Source of the DNA: Oceanispirochaeta sp.
Lineage (GTDB): Bacteria; Spirochaetota; Spirochaetia; DSM-2461
Direction of reading: 5' to 3'
Length of the DNA stretch: 64,000 nt
NCBI GenBank assembly: GCA_963666275.2
Contig: CAXXOA010000002.1
Coordinates: 640,001-704,000 of the forward strand
The position numbers and the translations under genes were made by a program. This document shows positions 29,186 through 38,803 of this stretch, in pieces (position 1 is the first letter of the stretch; each line of letters starts with the position of its first letter). The notes below the pieces were generated by a model. The model saw only the letters and a program-made list of their open reading frames with translations. It did not search any database and was not told where the DNA came from.

Positions 29186-29705
29186 GTGAATCAGGTTATT
29201 TCCTTTGAGACAGACATTGCCCTTATGATCCCCATTCTCTCGGTAATGATCGGGGTTATTCTCTGGTGGCATAATCGTATTATCAACAAACTGGTAATGA
29301 ATTATCGTCGGGTGCAGAAGGATCTTGTTGTCTCAGAGCAGAAATACAAAGATGTTATGGATACCATGCTTGAAGGGGCACAGATTCTGGATCATAACTT
29401 CCGCTATCTATATATCAACGATATGGCGCTCACTCATGGAAAAAAGACCAGAGAGGAACTTCTTGGCAAGACAATATTCGATGTTTATCCGGGATTTGAT
29501 GATACATTGCTGTATTACCATATGAAAGAGTGTATGGAGAAAAAAAAATCGAAGAGATTGAATAATGAGTTTAGCTATCCGGACGGAAGTTCCGCCTGGT
29601 TTAAACTTAGTTTGCAACCGGTTCCGGACGGCATTTTTATCCTTTCAATTGATATTACAGAACAGATTAAAGCCGAGAATCGTCTGAAGCTCCTGAATGG
29701 AGAAC
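29186..29705 (+). pseudogene. internal fragment of a TM-PAS sensor protein, truncated by IS3
   Basis: TM helix, SEQKY...D..FRYLYIN...ELLGK...DITEQ PAS/PAC; frame runs into the IS3 left IR. Confidence 0.7.
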
Positions 29706-29755
29706 TAAACCACCCCGGGTTTCCCGGAGACACAATTATATGAGAGGATTGTGTT

Positions 29756-30076
29756 ATGGGAAAAAGAATCAGGTATGCTCAAGAAGTTAAAGAGCGGGCA
29801 GTTCGGATGGTCTTTGATCATGAAAAAGACTATGAATCACGGTGGGCAGCAATAATTTCAATAGCCTCAAAAACCGGGTGTACTCCGGAGTCTCTGAGAA
29901 AATGGGTAAAACAAACCGAGATAGACCGTGGTATCAAGGACGGTATTTCCAGTGAAGACCAGGCAAGAATAAAGGAACTTGAAAGAGAAGTTCGTGAGCT
30001 TCGAGAAGCCAATGAGATATTGCGTAAGGCATCAGCATATTTCGCCCAGGCGGAGCTCGACCGCCGAAAGAAATAA
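29756..30076 (+). CDS. IS3 transposase OrfA
   Basis: RY..EVKERAVRMV...W.AI.SIA.K.G...LR.WV...ANEIL..ASAYFAQAELDR. Confidence 0.95.
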   Translation: MGKRIRYAQEVKERAVRMVFDHEKDYESRWAAIISIASKTGCTPESLRKWVKQTEIDRGIKDGISSEDQARIKELEREVRELREANEILRKASAYFAQAELDRRKK

Positions 30077-30981
30077 TGGTCAATTTCATTGATAAGAATA
30101 GGGAAGATCATGGAGTCGAGCCTCTCTGTAAAAATATTCAGATAGCTCCATCAACCTACTACGAAATGAAATCGAGGCAATCAGATCCAGACAAAGAGCC
30201 TCCAAGAGTAAAAAGGGATAATCACCTGAAAGATGAAATCAAACGGGTCTGGTTTGAGAATAGATGTGTATATGGAGCTAAAAAAGTCTGGCAGGCCATG
30301 AATAAAGAAGGAATCCCCGTCGCCAGATGCACTGTAGAGCGTTTAATGCGTGCTATGGGGCTTCGTGGTGTTATTCGTGGTAAGAAAGTCAGGACAACAA
30401 TTCCGGTGAAAGACAACAGGCCGGATGATCTTGTAAATCGGGATTTCACCGCTTCCAGGCCAAACGAGTTGTGGGTGGCTGACTTCACCTACGTTTCCAC
30501 CTGGAGGGGATTTGTCTATGTAGCTTTCATAATCGATGTATTTTCAAGAATGATTGTCGGCTGGCGGGCATCAACGTCAATGAAAACTGATTTCACTCTA
30601 GATGCTCTCAATCAGGCATTGTGGGCAAGGCAGGTAACAGAAAAACTGATTCATCACAGTGATCGTGGGTCTCAATATCTGGCCATTTCCTATACCGAAC
30701 GATTGATTGAAGCTGGAATTGATCCATCAGTTGGGAGTAAAGGGGATTCCTACGACAATGCTCTGGCAGAGACAATAAACGGTCTGTATAAGGCTGAAGT
30801 CATTCACAAAGATGGCCCCTGGCGTTCGATTGAACAGGTAGAACTGGCAACCTTGGACTGGGTGGATTGGTATAATAACAAACGGATCATGGAACCTCTG
30901 GGATATATTTCTCCACAAGAGTTTGAAATGATGTATTATGAACAGGAAATTAGTCTGGCAGTAACAGCCGGACTCAAGTAA
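30076..30981 (+). CDS. IS3 transposase OrfB (DDE)
   Basis: WVADFTYV, HHSDRGSQY, DSYDNALAETING; TAATG overlap with orfA. Confidence 0.95.
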   Translation: MVNFIDKNREDHGVEPLCKNIQIAPSTYYEMKSRQSDPDKEPPRVKRDNHLKDEIKRVWFENRCVYGAKKVWQAMNKEGIPVARCTVERLMRAMGLRGVIRGKKVRTTIPVKDNRPDDLVNRDFTASRPNELWVADFTYVSTWRGFVYVAFIIDVFSRMIVGWRASTSMKTDFTLDALNQALWARQVTEKLIHHSDRGSQYLAISYTERLIEAGIDPSVGSKGDSYDNALAETINGLYKAEVIHKDGPWRSIEQVELATLDWVDWYNNKRIMEPLGYISPQEFEMMYYEQEISLAVTAGLK

Positions 30982-31011
30982 ATCTGTCTCCGGGATTCTC
31001 GGGGTGGTTCA

Positions 31012-31200
31012 CTGCACGTTCATGACGTGAACGCCGGTGTTCACTTGGTGAACCGATATATATAGATATAAATAATCTTATAAATATAATACTACTATAG
31101 GAATCTTTCTTTTTTGCATTGGTTTAGAACTTGTTCTATCAGCGGGACTAATTATGAAATCTTTTATAATTACAATCAGTTCTGATGATGGGACTGAATG
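31012..31200 (+). repeat. Module B copy 3 (3' half) followed by an inverted 5' box
   Basis: CTGCACGTTCATGACGTGAAC...AT-rich tract as in copy 1; GTTCTGATGATGGGACTG at ~31179-31196 is the reverse complement of the box. Confidence 0.85.
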
Positions 31201-31274
31201 ATAAAAGATTTTGTCATTCAGCTGTGATAGACTGGCAACTATCAAACTTTTATCGGGCAGGAGAGTCTTGATCC

Positions 31275-32045
31275 ATGATTACAGTTGAGAATACAGAGAA
31301 TCTGACAGGGGTAAAAATCTCCGGTGATTTCTATGATTTTCAGGCGTTGGTAGATGCTTTTTATGCTGTCTCTATTGATGAAGAGGATACCAGGAACAGC
31401 AAATACTTTGATAACTCTACAAGAGTCCAAGGTCTTTGCTATGATATCCGTCATGCATTTATGGGTGATCGTGAAATCGCTCTGGTTGAGAATGGCATGA
31501 CGAGGGAGTTGATGAGCTTTCATTCCCAGATTACACCGGAGAAGAATGTCTATTTTGAAATGAATTATCTATATCCGGAAATGATTTTCGTGACAGCGGC
31601 TCTTAATGAACTGATTGATATTTATCAAAAGACAAACAGCAAGCCAAAGAATGAGTATTTTGCCGCTGTCAATAAAGCGGTCATCTGGGATAACCATGTT
31701 GCAATTCTTCGGGTATTTCAGTCTGCTTTCTGCAATTGCGTTAGGGAAACGCTGACTCCTGCTACTTTCACAAGATGGTTGAAAATCATGAATGAGCGTT
31801 ACAGTCATGTACTACTTATGAGCGGACATTACCTTGATTATATAAATCTGGAATATCTCAAGTTGGATAAGGAAAAGAGACAGAAGAAACTATCATCCCT
31901 CAGCAAAAGCATAATCGAGTACACCTATGACCCCATCCACGAAGAAATGAGACATGAAGCTAAAGTGATGGCAGAACAGTATGGTTGCTCTCCTTCAGAC
32001 TTGGTTAATTCTGCCCTTGAATACCCGGAGGAGATAGAATGGTAA
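31275..32045 (+). CDS. DUF6904-like hypothetical protein
   Basis: M..V.NT....GV.ISGD..D...L..A...R..GLCYDIRHA..GDR. Confidence 0.65.
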   Translation: MITVENTENLTGVKISGDFYDFQALVDAFYAVSIDEEDTRNSKYFDNSTRVQGLCYDIRHAFMGDREIALVENGMTRELMSFHSQITPEKNVYFEMNYLYPEMIFVTAALNELIDIYQKTNSKPKNEYFAAVNKAVIWDNHVAILRVFQSAFCNCVRETLTPATFTRWLKIMNERYSHVLLMSGHYLDYINLEYLKLDKEKRQKKLSSLSKSIIEYTYDPIHEEMRHEAKVMAEQYGCSPSDLVNSALEYPEEIEW

Positions 32046-32347
32046 TCAAATATGTTCATAGGCTGGGAGATGAAAAAAAGGAGCTGAAGGCGTATCAGTC
32101 TCAGGATATCCCCGACAACATTATTGAGATTATTACAACAAATCCCAGATTTTCAGAGAGCTGTATTTTTGGACAGAAAGGACTAGGGGAACCTGATGAG
32201 ATTGAACTCTTATCCATCATATCAGATGGAGGTGAAGAGATGTCCTTCACGTATTACAATAAAGGAATCCACTACATGATGAACGGAAGTCCAGAGGATC
32301 AACCGATTTTTCAAGTCTTCACTTATTTCATGATGCTCAATAGATAG
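32039..32347 (+). CDS. hypothetical protein
   Basis: GGAG RBS; overlaps the upstream stop. Confidence 0.55.
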   Translation: MVIKYVHRLGDEKKELKAYQSQDIPDNIIEIITTNPRFSESCIFGQKGLGEPDEIELLSIISDGGEEMSFTYYNKGIHYMMNGSPEDQPIFQVFTYFMMLNR

Positions 32348-32407
32348 AAAATACCCCGCTCCCGGAAAGCATAGTTAGTAATAAAATGCACCAAAGGAGC
32401 GGAACCC

Positions 32408-32860
32408 ATGGGCCGTCATAAACTACCCTACAAAATGAAGAAGCCAAACCAGCATCACAGGTATTCGGGAGAAAAAGCAGCAGAGCTGCCACCTTAACGA
32501 ACAAAGACACTTCGGACTTCGGTCCGGTGTCTTTATTGGCGATACGTCTTATCAACTGATCCACACAGATCAGAAATATCAACGAAAACCAAAGTAAAAT
32601 ATGAAGCAGGGAGGATAGCCAAAGAAGCGTATCAGTTATCCATTCAGGAAGCAGATAAAGTCATTTCATTTGCAGAATACAGCGAAGACTTCTTTACTGA
32701 CAAATGCAAACTGACTTTAAGACGACAGGCTTCCAACAAACCGATATCACCAGAGATTCTGAAAGCCAAAAGAGGGCAACTGCTGAATCATCTGCAACCT
32801 CAGTTTGGTGATCTTCCTCTGAATGAAATTACCCAGGTGATGTATGAAGACTGGAGGATG
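32408..32860 (+). pseudogene. Module C copy 3: integrase N-terminal half interrupted by the 72-bp element
   Basis: matches 12012-12392; insertion 32466-32537 introduces an in-frame TAA. Confidence 0.8.
32466..32537. mobile_element. 72-bp structured miniature insertion element, copy 1
   Basis: absent from the other integrase copies; TATT at both junctions; two hairpins. Confidence 0.75.
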
Positions 32861-32885
32861 GGTATCGATTCAGGCTTCCCTGATT

Positions 32886-32937
32886 ATATTGCATAAGAGC
32901 TGTTATGACATACACAAGCTTACTTCTTATGAAGTAC
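32886..32937. other. dif-like recombination site plus extra half-site
   Basis: ATATTGCATAA-GAGCTG-TTATGACATAC; TTATGAAGTAC at 32927. Confidence 0.5.
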
Positions 32938-33055
32938 AAATTCTGATCATTAGCTGGAAGGGTCGCAGAAATAGAGCAAAAAACTCCTGCTGCAATGAAT
33001 TGAATCAACGATTTTCACTGTTTCCAAAAGGCACACATAGTGTTATGATAAGAAT

Positions 33056-33331
33056 ATGGATAAGTTCTTCAACTGGAATGATGAGAAGAATGCTCTATTG
33101 ATCAAAGAACGGAATATTTCGTTTGAGGAAGTCGTTTTCTGTATTCAAAATGGTGGGATCCTTGATGATGTAGCGCATGCCAATCAGGAGAAATATCCCA
33201 ATCAGAGGATTTTTAGCGTCTTGATTGATGACTATGTGTATTTAGTCCCTTATGTTGAAAACGATGATGAAATCTTCCTGAAGACTATAATTCCGAGCAG
33301 GAAGGCGAAAAAAGAATATCTTGGAGGGTAA
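33056..33331 (+). CDS. BrnT-like type II toxin (second copy)
   Basis: near-identical to 12590. Confidence 0.8.
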   Translation: MDKFFNWNDEKNALLIKERNISFEEVVFCIQNGGILDDVAHANQEKYPNQRIFSVLIDDYVYLVPYVENDDEIFLKTIIPSRKAKKEYLGG

Positions 33332-33333
33332 GC

Positions 33334-33615
33334 ATGGAACTCGATGATTATGAAAAAGAAATACTCGAAGATTATGAATCTGGTAAGCTAAAATCCTCAG
33401 GGATTTGCGATACTGAAAAAGAGCGGTTCTCTGAAATAGCCGCAAATACTCTTAAAAAAAATAGACGGGTGAATATCCGATTGTCTGAGCATGATCTCCA
33501 GGCTATTCAGAGGAAAGCAGTTCAGGAAGGGTTGCCCTATCAGACATTAATTTCCAGTTTGATTCATAAATACACGAATGGATTGCTTGTTGATAAGTCA
33601 AAAGTGGCTGGTTAA
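33334..33615 (+). CDS. BrnA/CopG-like antitoxin (second copy)
   Basis: near-identical to 12868. Confidence 0.8.
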   Translation: MELDDYEKEILEDYESGKLKSSGICDTEKERFSEIAANTLKKNRRVNIRLSEHDLQAIQRKAVQEGLPYQTLISSLIHKYTNGLLVDKSKVAG

Positions 33616-33616
33616 T

Positions 33617-33750
33617 CTGACGCCAGTATTCGGAAGAAATAGCGGTGAAACCGCCACCTTAACGAACAAAGACACTTCGGACAAAAGGTCCGGTGTCTTT
33701 ATTGACGCCTTTTGGAAATTCTTCCGGTCCTGGAATGGTGAAGAACTTCG
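33617..33750 (+). repeat. Module A copy 4, att core deleted; contains 73-bp element copy 2 (33631-33703)
   Basis: CTGACGCCAGTATT[insert]GACGCCTTTTGGAAATTCTTCCGGTCCTGGAATGGTGAAG matches 953-1007. Confidence 0.8.
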
Positions 33751-33779
33751 CATTTATTCCAAATGAAAAAAAATGTCAA

Positions 33780-34247
33780 TTATTTTCGAAGAGATCTTAA
33801 ATACATAGGCAGCTCACTTACAGCCACTATTTTATCAATTATCATAACCAGCCAGCTTTCCGGGTAACGTGGAGGAATCAGGGTCAGTGGAAACATATGC
33901 CTTTTGATAATGTCGCGTTCAATGCGGTTTAAGTGAAATCTTTCTCTGGCATTATTCAGGGCTGTTACCGGATGGGTGAATCCATGCATTTTATGGATCT
34001 CATAAAATCTCTTGTAGGGATGAAGGGATTCCCTGCTCCAGTCGTACAGAAAAAAATCATGAAGGAGGGCTCCTCTGGCAAGGGAACGGGAATCCAGATG
34101 CAGTCTGTTTCCCCATTTCCAGGCCAGCCGGGCGACCTTCAGACTGTGATCAAGAATACTGTTGCCGTGGTGGTTTATACTATCCAGCGTCTGGATATCA
34201 TCATGGCTGAGTATCTCCTGAATTATCCTGTCAAAATCGTTTTCCAA
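33780..34247 (-). CDS. HD-domain phosphohydrolase
   Basis: HH....DHS..VA...RGALLHDFFLYDW...HGFTHP...HMFPL...DK. Confidence 0.9.
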   Translation of the reverse strand: MENDFDRIIQEILSHDDIQTLDSINHHGNSILDHSLKVARLAWKWGNRLHLDSRSLARGALLHDFFLYDWSRESLHPYKRFYEIHKMHGFTHPVTALNNARERFHLNRIERDIIKRHMFPLTLIPPRYPESWLVMIIDKIVAVSELPMYLRSLRK

Positions 34248-34254
34248 AATCTTT

Positions 34255-35055
34255 TCAGTTCTCTTTTTTATCCCGGTTCAGACGCTTGTTTAGAGCTTTT
34301 GTAAAGGGCTTTAGTCTGGATTGGATATTTAATGTGTGGCTTCTGAGACTCTCCAGGAAAGATGTTCCCAGTTCTCCTCTGAAGGGGAAGAAAAATCGCG
34401 TATGATTCCTGAACCCTTCCCGGACTCTGTCTCTGAGTTCCAGTTTCAGGTTTTCAAAATCAACGGGGATTTTCTCTTCTGTTTCATCTACAAATCTCTT
34501 GATGCGACCGGCAATGTTGAAAGACTGCCAGAGATCGACGGCAAAGAGTCCTGTAAATAGACCTATGAAAAAGGAGAGCTGCAGATAGTTATATAGCTGG
34601 TCTATTATGCTGTTCAGCCGGGGGTAGATCATCAGATAGAAAAACACCCCCAGTATGGTCCATAACAGGCTGTATAACGGGCAGATTAATCCCTGTATAT
34701 TTCCTTTGTTCCGGGAATAGTCCCAGAGCTTGATTTTAAAGTGATGAATAAAGATTAGCCCAGCAATGTATTCCAGCAGGGTCAAACTGATCAAAAATGT
34801 TAGAGCCTGCAGATAAAGAGGCAGATTCAATGAGCTGGTCCGGTACAGGATGATCGTGCCGAAACCGTATAGGGGCAGCCAGGGCCCCTGCAGGAATCCC
34901 GGGTTGATCCATCTTTTTGCCTCTCCGTAATATCGTCTCCAGAACAGTTCAATAAACCATCCGGCAACCGTTCCCACCGAAAAAAGAAGAACATATTTCA
35001 ATGTGAAATACAGAGTGTCTGCAATTATTTCCATTATCCGGGCCTCACTGATCAA
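34255..35055 (-). CDS. putative ABC permease (DUF1113/CmpB-like)
   Basis: GW..E......NPGFL.GP.LPLYG.G...LEY...LWDYS...N..G.IC. Confidence 0.85.
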   Translation of the reverse strand: MISEARIMEIIADTLYFTLKYVLLFSVGTVAGWFIELFWRRYYGEAKRWINPGFLQGPWLPLYGFGTIILYRTSSLNLPLYLQALTFLISLTLLEYIAGLIFIHHFKIKLWDYSRNKGNIQGLICPLYSLLWTILGVFFYLMIYPRLNSIIDQLYNYLQLSFFIGLFTGLFAVDLWQSFNIAGRIKRFVDETEEKIPVDFENLKLELRDRVREGFRNHTRFFFPFRGELGTSFLESLRSHTLNIQSRLKPFTKALNKRLNRDKKEN

Positions 35056-35196
35056 AAAATAATATCAGTTCAGATGAAAGTCAATTCAAGTGTCTATACA
35101 CAAAATTCTTTTGAAAGATCTTCATTCTTCTCAATTGTAGTGATATGGTGTAAGGCATTCATAAAATATGCCCATTAAAGCAATCATTTGATTCAA

Positions 35197-35450
35197 CTAT
35201 TTGTAGTGCCAGTAGAATAGTTTTTTTATCCCTGAAAACAGAAATCCCAGGCCCATTACTAAGCCCACGGCGTAACCCGCTAAACCGATAATTGGTATTC
35301 CGTATATCTGTGGTTGGATATCTGAAAGTACAATTATCGAGGAACTTAATAAAAGTGCAGAAAGGACCAGGCCAAAAACAAGTCTAAACCCGACCTTGTC
35401 TAAGGTCTCTCTGAGCCTCTCTACCTGAGGAGTGCGTAAGGTAACTTCCC
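35197..35450 (-). pseudogene. C-terminal remnant of an ABC1/UbiB kinase-family membrane protein
   Basis: L...LDK...RL..GL..SALL.SSSI...P..YGIP.IG..GY tail typical of the family; no kinase domain; 5' limit approximate. Confidence 0.5.
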
Positions 35451-35598
35451 GTTCTTTGATAAGATTTCGTAGATCGACAAATAGATCCGGGGTTTGCAAT
35501 AACATTTCGGACCAGTTGAGTTCGAAGGTCATGGCTATATTTCCGGCACGGCCTTACACAAAGAATTTTACAGGCTCCAACAAAACCAGAAAAAAGGT

Positions 35599-38235
35599 TT
35601 ACTCCCATACAATAACAGGCCCTTGTCCTTGTTTCCCTATCCATTTTATAGACCCAACTGAGACTTCCTTCTTTTTTGATGCAAAATCTTCATCCATCAA
35701 CTGAAACTGCAATCCACTATCATTTGTTGTAAAGTTCATGGAACCACCATCGCTGAACTTTATCAGCAAACTATAGCTATCGATGCGATACGTTCCCGGT
35801 TCGGTCACTTTTGTGGAGAAACGACCGTTTCTATCAGATCGGACAGTATAACTTTTATTGCTATCAATATTATAGAATTCCAGGGTAATTCCTTTTTCAA
35901 ATAAACCCGCAGTCTCAGGGTTATTATTATGCGCACTGAATTCAGCTTAGATTTTTCCGGATACAACAACGCTGCTATTCTGTCTCTTTCCCAGTTCAAC
36001 AGGAGCCTCATTATCAATACCGTTAAAGGAGACTTTGTATATACCCTTGTCTGTACCTAGAAGAATTCCATTGTCAATCGGGTAAAGGGAAAAATCTTCT
36101 GCAGAGACCGCATCCAATAGAGTTTTCTTTTCCACAAAATCTGTCAATTCCAATTTTGCCCAAGTCATCCCTCTATCAGTACTCATATGCATGGGAAAAA
36201 TACTTCTATAGGGTTCTCCATTCTCTGAATGATACTTTCCAAGATATAAAATGACGATATTATCTCCATTGATTGCCGTTACATAACCGTTATTAATAGG
36301 TTTGACAACCTTACCAACCGGCTGCCATGAATCGCTGCCCGGCCCTACCCGGTCTTTACGAAAAATAGCAATGTATGGGAAATCACCATCTTTTCTGAAA
36401 AATCCATATACCGCATTCCCCTCTTCATAAATATCAATTTTGTCAGGTGTAAAACCGATACCATTTTCGGCTCCAGTATTTCTAGCTTCATTTATCAAAT
36501 TGACCGGAATTTCGATTGGTTGCCAACTTTCCCCTCTATCCCTGGAAACATATCCACTGTAACCTCGCAGAAATATGGCGTCTCCTTCAAAATAGAAAAG
36601 GCCGATCTCATTTAAAGGAACAGGAAGAGAATCTATCTTTTTAAAAGTAAATCCGAAATCCTGACTCAAATAGAGTCCGTCCCGGGATTTTACCAGAACC
36701 TGATCGTTCTGCATGCAGATATCAGAATAGATGTGGGGGATAAACCGCATGTTGAATTCCAAATAGACCCTATCCAGAAGATCAAAATATTTTTGAGTGT
36801 TCGATCTGTCGAGAAGACCATCTGAATAATATGCAGCAAAAAGGAAGTCTTCGTAGGTTGGGGTATCATATATCCTGGAATGATCTGCTTTTTCGAAGTT
36901 GAATTTCACATCATTCCAGGACTGTCCCCCATCTCTGGAAATTTCTGTATGTCTTCCATCTATGGATCTGTCTCTGCCGTAATATTTAAAATTATCATCA
37001 TATCGTTCCCAGCTTTGCCCCATATCCAGGCTCCGTTCAAAGGGGTAGCTTTTATCAAGCGGGGCTGAACGGAAGAGAACAGGTTTTCCATCAATCTTTT
37101 CAACACCTGTTTTAATGGGATCAGGGATATCATAAGAGACCACTTGCAGTTGCTTTCCAGGACTGGAATTATTCATTTGTCTGAGCAAGTCAACATCTTC
37201 TGGATAATGATATGCTTTCACTTCCCAGGAAACTCCCCGATCCTCTGAAAATGCATAAAATCCCTGATTTTCTACGATTCTATCCTGAATCCCCCAAGTA
37301 TTATTTATGTTTTCACCAGGATGCTTCCGCTGCAAGTTCATAATAACGGAGTCTCCGTCAACCTTTCCGATAACCCAGGGATACCACCCATCAGGGAAAT
37401 CCGCTGATTCGGCAATATTCTGAAAAGAGTCCCCCTGATCATGGGAAATAAACATTCCGGTCATTCCTCCGACAATGATAATATTTTCATTCCTAAGTGC
37501 TGTACGGATATTGCCAGAAAGACCTGATTCTTCCTGTTTAATGATCTGCCATGAAGAATCTGATATATCGTAAAACGCAACCCCGGAGAAATCTGTTGCA
37601 ATGAATGTAATATACTTTTCATTTAGTTTCAGAAACCTGGCTTCAAAGGGAGGTTCAATCAACAAAGGCACATTATTATGCTTGGGATTCCAGAGAGCCG
37701 CCCCATATTGACTTCTAAAAATGATATTCTCACCATAGAAGCCTTTGGGACTAAAGAATACATCTGTATTGAAAGATGCCATACCAAAAGCCTTCCCATC
37801 TCTGGTGGTATGAAACACCCAGTGTTCTCCTCTATCCAGACTTAAGGCTGCTATATTGCCAGAATGAGAACTAAAGATAAGAATCATCTGATCCTGAAAA
37901 GCAATACGGTTACAGTCAATTGTATCGTAGGTTCCGAAGCGTGTGGATGACATTGACAGGCGCTGATTCAGAAAAGCTGTATGTTTCCATGATTCCCCGC
38001 CGTTTTGGGATACTGCTATATACTGATCTCCCGCAAACACCAGAAGGTCTCCATCTGAGCCATAACAACTTTGCGGTTTATATAAAACAGGGAGTTCCTG
38101 CGACTCGGTTTCAAAAAGAGTGACAAACTTAAAGGGACTGTCCAATTCTGTTAGATCAGGCGTTGTTGAACAGGAGAGTACGGAAAGAATAATAAGGCAG
38201 GTAATAGAAGAAAGAGCTTTACTGAGTCTTTTCAT
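35599..38235 (-). pseudogene. BNR/Asp-box beta-propeller lipoprotein with an internal stop at 35947-35949
   Basis: lipobox ILSVLSC; repeated S.D.G.SW Asp-boxes; the frame stays open after the TAA down to 35599. Confidence 0.7.
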
Positions 38236-38361
38236 GGCTACGAACTCCTCAGGGAATTGTATTGGAAGTCTTCTGAAAAAAGCAAATTTGTTCATTTATT
38301 ATGGGTTGTTTCTGTTGGATTACGCAAGTATAAAGGCATGTCTCTGAAATGTTGATAACTG

Positions 38362-38396
38362 ACTCACCTCCAACCCATCGTCGGAACAGAATGTAG
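38362..38396 (+). repeat. degenerate Module B 5' box
   Basis: CCAACCCATCGTCGGAACAGAATGTAG. Confidence 0.7.
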
Positions 38397-38419
38397 AGTG
38401 CCTGAATAAAACACCGGAG

Positions 38420-38588
38420 AATCCTTCCAGATGCTATCCATCATTCTGATCGAGCAGTCCAGTATCGCTCCGGCAAATATGTGAATATGATGAAACAAGC
38501 TGGTTTGAAAGTATTAATGTCCCGGAAAGGAATATAAACAAATGAGGCAGCATAAGTCAGCTGTGTCCACTATTGACAGTCAAGGCCA
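38420..38588 (+). mobile_element. IS3-family remnant
   Basis: translates as PDAIHHSDRAVQYRS (degenerate HHSDRG.QY) and ends in an IS3-like terminus TGTCCACTATTGACAGTCAAGGCCA. Confidence 0.6.
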
Positions 38589-38803
38589 GGTTTTATCATC
38601 GCGCTATAATGGAGTTTCCGGGATATTTCTCTCCCAAAAAAATTGAAATAATGTATTATAAACAGGAAGAACATCTGGCTGTAGGTGCCGGACCTAAATA
38701 AAACTGTTTTCGGGATTCAAGGGTGGTGCATTCAGAGCACGCCTGTTTTTTTTTGTAGAAGAATAGAATCCCTCAGAGTCAAGATTGAAAGGATTTACGA
38801 ACC

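Larger units (their letters stand above)
29706..31011 (+). mobile_element. IS3-family element (IS3411/IS629-like)
   Basis: IRs TAAACCACCCCGGGTTTCCCGGAGAC and GTCTCCGGGATTCTCGGGGTGGTTCA; orfA and orfB; no target duplication. Confidence 0.95.

Noticed and set aside
29186..29272. N-terminal 29 aa of the 656-aa minus-strand ORF
   Set aside because: It is the antisense of the PAS fragment across a fusion junction, not part of the exporter.
706..33750. Classical integron with attC cassettes
   Set aside because: No IntI-type gene, no RYYYAAC...GTTRRRY attC hairpins recognised, and cargo lies on both strands.
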